From Candidatus Bathyarchaeota archaeon (GTDB lineage Archaea; Thermoproteota; Bathyarchaeia; Bathyarchaeales; Bathycorpusculaceae), in the NCBI GenBank assembly GCA_963777155.1, contig CAVZPM010000009.1, forward strand, positions 64,001-128,000: a stretch of DNA of 64,000 nucleotides, written 5' to 3'. The position numbers and the translations under genes were made by a program. The notes beneath the pieces are model-generated. The model was not told the DNA's origin. It ran no database searches and saw only the letters and a program-made list of their open reading frames with translations. Each line of letters starts with the position of its first letter. Position 1 is the stretch's first letter. Shown here piece by piece: positions 59,428 through 64,000 of the stretch.

Positions 59428-60186
59428 TTACCTAAAGAGGTCTTTTTCTTTGGCTCTGGTAAGAGGTGTCATAGCTGCATTTTCATCGATTTGATATTTG
59501 TATCCCCGTATTATAGCGGCTGGAATACCCTCGTTTGCTTGTCCAATCACAAGTTCCGCTGCAGAAGCAAGCTCATCGGCGATGGCGGTCTGCTTAATTC
59601 TAAGAACATAACCGAACAAATCCTTTTCACCCCGCCTATCCCTTATAGGTTTAAACCCAGCCACGCCAACAGCCACATTAATCTCGCCCAACCTAAAAGG
59701 TCTGCCATGGGTATCAGAAACGATAACTGCCACATTTACTCCAGTTAGACGCTTAATTTCTTTACGGATGTTTTCTGCTGACTCGTTTGGGTTTTTTGGC
59801 AGGGGAACGACGTTTCTATTGCCTGAAACGTTTGAGCGATCGATTCCAGCATTGGCGCAAATTATGCCGCTGACGGTTTCAGTTATGATGCTGTTTTGAC
59901 CTACACGAACGATGTCTTTGGTTTCTTGAAGAATAACTTCGACTAACGCTGGATCTTTGTTGGTTTTCTGTGCAATTTCCTTTGCCTTCTCCGATGGCTT
60001 GACTAGGTCAAGGTTGATTACGTTTCCTTCAGCCTTCGACACCACTACATGGGTAACGACGATTACGTCGTTTGCTTGGATGGGGTTGCCCTGATTTTTG
60101 GCGGCTTCAACGATTAGCTTACCTAGGTTGTCTGCTTTTTTTATTAATGGTAAATTTTCGACAGCGAATACTTGAACAGGATTCAC
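59428..60186 (-). CDS. cofE: coenzyme F420-0:L-glutamate ligase
   Basis: VVSKAEG, ANAGIDRSN, VSDTHGRPFRLG, IADELASAA, DLFR. Confidence 0.93.
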   Translation of the reverse strand: MNPVQVFAVENLPLIKKADNLGKLIVEAAKNQGNPIQANDVIVVTHVVVSKAEGNVINLDLVKPSEKAKEIAQKTNKDPALVEVILQETKDIVRVGQNSIITETVSGIICANAGIDRSNVSGNRNVVPLPKNPNESAENIRKEIKRLTGVNVAVIVSDTHGRPFRLGEINVAVGVAGFKPIRDRRGEKDLFGYVLRIKQTAIADELASAAELVIGQANEGIPAAIIRGYKYQIDENAAMTPLTRAKEKDLFR

Positions 60187-60319
60187 GCTATTTGCCTCAT
60201 CTATGGTTGCTAATTAATCGATAGAACTTAAATTTATCTAGCAAAATGCTGTAAAACAAAAAAATGAAAAATGTTGTTGGAAAACATAGAAAGAGACCGT
60301 TAAGGTCTCGATGGATATT

Positions 60320-61045
60320 TTAGCTTCTGAATTTCTGCAGTTTCTGTAGCATCAGTTTGTCGCCTTCGGCGTCACCTGCGCATGTTGCGATGATGCCATC
60401 GACTAATCCGACAAGTTTTGATGCTTTTTCTTCAACTGTTTCCATGGTTGCAGCGGTTGGCCACCCGATCATTTTGACGGTTTCAACGTTTTTGGATGTT
60501 CCAACTAGGAAGTATGCGAACAGAGGTTTGTTGAGTTTCTTGCATTCGGCTGATACTGCTTTGAGGGCCTCGAATGAGTCGTCGGTTAGCCTCATGAAGT
60601 ATACGAAGTCCCATGGTTCACGTACACGTTGAAGTGTCTCTTCAATTGAGCGTCTTGCGGTTAGTAAGCAACCGAGTTTTAGGTTTTTGGTTTTGACTGA
60701 GTTGCGTATAAAGTCTCTTGCTTCCTCGGATGAGGGCAGCATCGTTATGGGTTGGCCAAACTTTGGGTTGTCTCCCATTGTGACTGCTAAGCCGTCTAAT
60801 CCGACGATGTCTGATGCTAGAGCTAAGCCTCCTACTTCAACTGGACCTTTATATTTCAAAATGAAGATTGGGCAGACATATTTTTCTGGGTACTTGTATT
60901 TGAGTAAGCAGCTAACTACTACGCCGCTTGGAGCTGGGAAACCTGCTGCGCCGTCAGTTACGTTCCATCCATCGACTAAATCTTTGAGTTCATCTGCAAG
61001 CTTTAAGAATTTTCGTGTTGGCACAAATTCATTTAGTATTTTCAT
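60320..61045 (-). CDS. methylenetetrahydrofolate reductase (MetF)-like TIM-barrel protein, divergent
   Basis: EFVP, WNVTDGAAG and LAVTMGDNP resemble the MetF E..PP, .vTD and LalxGD motifs; only 241 aa. Confidence 0.55.
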   Translation of the reverse strand: MKILNEFVPTRKFLKLADELKDLVDGWNVTDGAAGFPAPSGVVVSCLLKYKYPEKYVCPIFILKYKGPVEVGGLALASDIVGLDGLAVTMGDNPKFGQPITMLPSSEEARDFIRNSVKTKNLKLGCLLTARRSIEETLQRVREPWDFVYFMRLTDDSFEALKAVSAECKKLNKPLFAYFLVGTSKNVETVKMIGWPTAATMETVEEKASKLVGLVDGIIATCAGDAEGDKLMLQKLQKFRS

Positions 61046-61164
61046 GGAGAGTTCATCTCAGGTTAAAGAGGTGAGGGGTTTGGGTTAAAAAGGCTTTTGC
61101 ATACTCAAAATTTGGCACTATAGTCTGATGTTTTTTCCCATTGGCAACATAATAAAATCAAGTT

Positions 61165-62021
61165 TTAATTATGGTTGTTTGGCGCAGAGGTTTTTTTGGC
61201 GCGTTCCCTTTTAAACTTCGATAATCTGGAGACTTCTTGCATATTCGCCACCTCTTTGGTTAGATCGAGGTTTTCTATGAGCTTTTTACCCACGTCCGAT
61301 CTAACGATTACAGTGGAGTAACCCTGCTTGCTGCCCACAGAACCCACTGAAACATCGGCGAACTTAGCTGTAAAATCATCACAAAAACCGCAAGCCTTCT
61401 CGGCTGCGCCTTCGAGGTCTTTTACCTTGCAGCCATACTCTTTCCCATCAACTTGCACTAAAAACTTGCCCGCGCGCACTTGGGTTTTGTCAGCCTTATC
61501 CAAATCAACGCCTAGTCTGCACCTTAACTTCTTCTTTTAGCTTAGTTTGGTTGAAGGCTTCAAAGCAGAACAATCCAAGGACAGTAATCTGGCAGTCTTT
61601 ATTGAGAGCCTGCTGAATCTTTCGAACCGCCTTAGCCTCACAGGGAGTGCAGACGATAGCTATCCGTTTTTTGCCCTGACCTATCAGCTCCCGAAGTTTT
61701 TTCGTGACATTGACTTTGAGGTACTTGGTTCCTTTCGCAGCCAAAACATCACTATCATTCATGGCGACTACGGCTTCTGCGCTGTAGCCTTCCAAACGTC
61801 GAACAACTATGGCAGCATCAAACAGACCTTCCCTAAAACCCTTAACTAAAAGCGCCGAAACAACTCCACCATCTTGCCCCACTATGCTTACTTTTTGCAG
61901 AAAACAAGTCACAATAAACGCCAAGGTCCTCATTTTTTGTGCCCTTCAAAAACTCCTCTTCGATCTTAGCTTCATCTTCAGCCTTTAAGGTTTGGCGCTT
62001 TTCCGTTTGATTCTCTGCCAT
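61165..62021 (-). CDS. coenzyme F420 hydrogenase/dehydrogenase beta-subunit (FrhB) family protein (two +1 frameshifts near 61890 and 61515, probably sequencing errors)
   Basis: joined reading: MAENQ...DLGVYCDLFSAKS / GQDGGVVSALL...AAKGTKY...CTPCE...GLFCFE / LGVDLD...ACGFCDDF.AKFADVSVGSVGS..GYSTVIVRS. Confidence 0.85.
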
Positions 62022-62108
62022 TCTGAAACTTCAACCGATTTCTGATTGATTTAGCAAGGTTTTCAGGCAAATAAAGTTTTAAACCTTAAAGCGGTGATTA
62101 AAAGATAA

Positions 62109-62624
62109 GTGGCTGGCTGGCATTTGGTAAATAAACACGAAATCAAATACATCGAAGGCGACGAAGCGTTACTTGACCAAATTAAGCCCCTTTGGGAAGC
62201 ATTAAACAGGTATCATTTGGGTCTATCGTTGAATTTTAAGCAGTATTATCTTGACATGACTTTTCCGAAAAGAAAAGCAGACTTGTTAAAAAAAGCAGCA
62301 CTTGGAAAAATGAGAATCAGTATAGCCATTGATGAGGTAAGTGGGCAAAATGTGGGCTATTGCATAAGCGGTATAAACAACGAAAGGATGGGCGAAATCA
62401 AATCAATCTTCGTCTCCGAGACTTATAGGCGTAAAGGCATCGGCGATGTTTTAATGCAGAAAGCGTTAGATTGGTTGGAGAAGCAAGGGGCGCTAGAAAA
62501 AATTGTTGAGGTGGCAGCTGGCAACGAAAAAGCATGGGCTTTCTATGCTCATTACGGTTTTTTACCCAGAAAAACCATGCTTAAACAAGTAAAAAAGCCT
62601 AAGACGCCAAATTCAACATGCTAA
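62109..62624 (+). CDS. GNAT-family N-acetyltransferase
   Basis: SIFVSETYRRKGIGDVLM acetyl-CoA motif A; GNEKAWAFYAHYGF. Confidence 0.9.
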   Translation: MAGWHLVNKHEIKYIEGDEALLDQIKPLWEALNRYHLGLSLNFKQYYLDMTFPKRKADLLKKAALGKMRISIAIDEVSGQNVGYCISGINNERMGEIKSIFVSETYRRKGIGDVLMQKALDWLEKQGALEKIVEVAAGNEKAWAFYAHYGFLPRKTMLKQVKKPKTPNSTC

Positions 62625-62802
62625 TGTTATCAAATATCGTTCATAGGACCTTGAGCCCTTTAGAGACGGGCATTTTTATTGTTTTTACAATGTTTCTCTA
62701 TTAGGTTTCAAATATGGTGGCGCCTGCTTGTCTTGGGATGTTGTATTGCAGTTTTTTTTGAGAAACGTAAATTAATTTGGCAAACGCTAATTTTGTTAGT
62801 TT

Positions 62803-63588
62803 GTGATTTGTATGAAGGTTGCTGTTTCTGGTAAAGGCGGCGTTGGCAAGACTTTGATTGCTGGTGGTTTAGCGAGCGGTTTTGTTGAGCGCGGCTTAAA
62901 AACTATTGCAATTGACGCTGATTCTTCTCCAAATCTCGGTTTAACGTTGGGATTGTCGGCTGAGGAAACCCGCAAAATAGTTCCCATTACAGAAAATAAG
63001 CCGTTGGTGGAGTCTAAAACCAGCACTGGTTTCAATAGCGTTTACAATTTAAATTTCACGGTTGACGACATAGTTAGAGACTATTCTATATCCACTCCGT
63101 TGGGTGTGAACCTGATTGTTATGGGTACCGTGCAAGCTATGGAAGCGGGTTGCATGTGTGCACCAAACGCCGTTATCCGCGCCCTACTAAGACACCTTGT
63201 TGTCGACCGCAATGAAGCGGTTGTTATGGATTTAGAAGCAGGCGTAGAACACATCGGAAGAGGCACCGCAAGACAAGTCGACGCATTACTAATTGTTGCC
63301 GACTCCAATCTAAAATCGCTGGAAATTGCAAAACACATCCACGACCTGGCATCTGCAGCAGGAATGAAAAAGCTCTACCTCATCGGAAACAGAGTAATGA
63401 ACGACGCCCAAAAAGAAGCAATCCAAACGTTCGCAGACAAAAACGGGCTTAACCTGCTTGCTTTAGTGCCCTTCGACCAAAAAGTAATCGAAGCAGACAT
63501 GCTCGGTATAACTCCGCTTAAAAACAAGGAAATCGCCGCAGTTAAAACCATAGACCATATATGCGAGCTTTTGTTGAAGACAACATAA
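62803..63588 (+). CDS. cooC: CooC/AcsF-type nickel-insertion ATPase for CODH/ACS
   Basis: SGKGGVGKT, IDADSSPNL, GCMC (CxC), DLEAGVEHIGRG. Confidence 0.9.
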   Translation: MICMKVAVSGKGGVGKTLIAGGLASGFVERGLKTIAIDADSSPNLGLTLGLSAEETRKIVPITENKPLVESKTSTGFNSVYNLNFTVDDIVRDYSISTPLGVNLIVMGTVQAMEAGCMCAPNAVIRALLRHLVVDRNEAVVMDLEAGVEHIGRGTARQVDALLIVADSNLKSLEIAKHIHDLASAAGMKKLYLIGNRVMNDAQKEAIQTFADKNGLNLLALVPFDQKVIEADMLGITPLKNKEIAAVKTIDHICELLLKTT

Positions 63589-63712
63589 CATCCTTCAGCA
63601 CAATTTAGTAGAAGAAGAAAGAATTTGGGGTTCCACAAAAACCGATTTTTTCTTCTTTCAATTTATCGGAATTGTAAAAAGGCGTTTTTTTGTTATAACG
63701 ATAAATAACGAT

Positions 63713-63901
63713 TTAACAGTGGTCTTGACCGCAACTACAGTTGTGACTTGACGCGTTTCCACCGATGTATTTTTGGGGGTTTGCTTCGAAGGATTTTTTG
63801 CATCCTGGAGCGCAGAAATAGTAGTATTTGCCTTGGTAGATTGTTTTGTATTTTGCAGTTTTCTCATCAACATCCATGTTGCATACCAAATCTTTAGCCA
63901 T
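63713..63901 (-). CDS. YHS/TRASH domain protein with Cys/His-rich tail
   Basis: KDLVCNMDV...YQGKYYYFCAPGCKKSF..NPQKY; tail HNCSCGQDHC. Confidence 0.88.
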   Translation of the reverse strand: MAKDLVCNMDVDEKTAKYKTIYQGKYYYFCAPGCKKSFEANPQKYIGGNASSHNCSCGQDHC

Positions 63902-64000
63902 ACTTTTTTCACCTCCCCAATATCTGCTTAATTTTGTGTGACTATATTTTTGGTTTAAATCTTCTAAGAAGTGAAGCGTTGGTAACTACAGTTACTGAGC

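Noticed and set aside
21980-61900. Six frameshifts (PAC2 ~21990, translin ~32967, surface protein ~35230 and ~36281, frhB ~61515 and ~61890) as programmed frameshifting or pseudogenes
   Set aside because: Each is repaired by deleting one base, the flanks are otherwise intact, and no shared slippery motif is present. This pattern fits insertion-type long-read errors; read polishing would settle it.
1027-63912. Numerous antisense or overlapping ORFs in the track (e.g. 1978-2466, 23385-23943, 28004-29089, 56085-56741)
   Set aside because: They are shadows of well-supported genes on the opposite strand or another frame, with no motifs of their own.
1-64000. CRISPR arrays, rRNA, IS elements/integrases, inteins (MCM, RFC), Sec/Pyl read-through
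   Set aside because: No spaced direct-repeat array, long structured RNA, transposase or recombinase ORF was seen. MCM and RFC have normal lengths, and the gene breaks are frameshifts rather than in-frame stops.

Overview
This is an archaeal chromosomal segment, most likely Bathyarchaeia (TACK); the taxonomy is inferred from gene content, gene order and protein style. The first ~39 kb is a core information-processing region: pus10-rpl21e-rpoF-DUF655-rsmA-hemK2, rpl10e-ppsA-dph2-METTL5, csl4-rpoL-DUF99-tfs, pcna-priL-priS-gins51, rpl44e-rps27e-nop10-PAC2, gins23-mcm, rfcS-rfcL, taw1, rpoP, trm5-like and trm112. Next come nucleotide-sugar genes, guaA, cysK-cysE, tRNA-Leu(GAG) and argS. The final block is metabolic: two deoxyhypusine-synthase paralogs, an RLAN/ATP-grasp/GCS2/YkgJ peptide-ligase module, frhB-like/metF-like/cofE genes, cooC and a YHS protein. 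Features hidden from the ORF track include nop10 and three gene scars within 2.3 kb: a 57-bp remnant at the exact position of the aIF2-alpha gene, an internally deleted wecB, and the tail of a membrane-anchored surface protein. A polyprenol-phosphate glycosyltransferase and a GT-C-like gene sit between priL and priS, next to an archaeosortase. A WecC-like protein lacks its catalytic motifs. Six single-base insertions split four genes and are most likely sequencing errors. No CRISPR array, rRNA, transposase, integrase or intein was seen.
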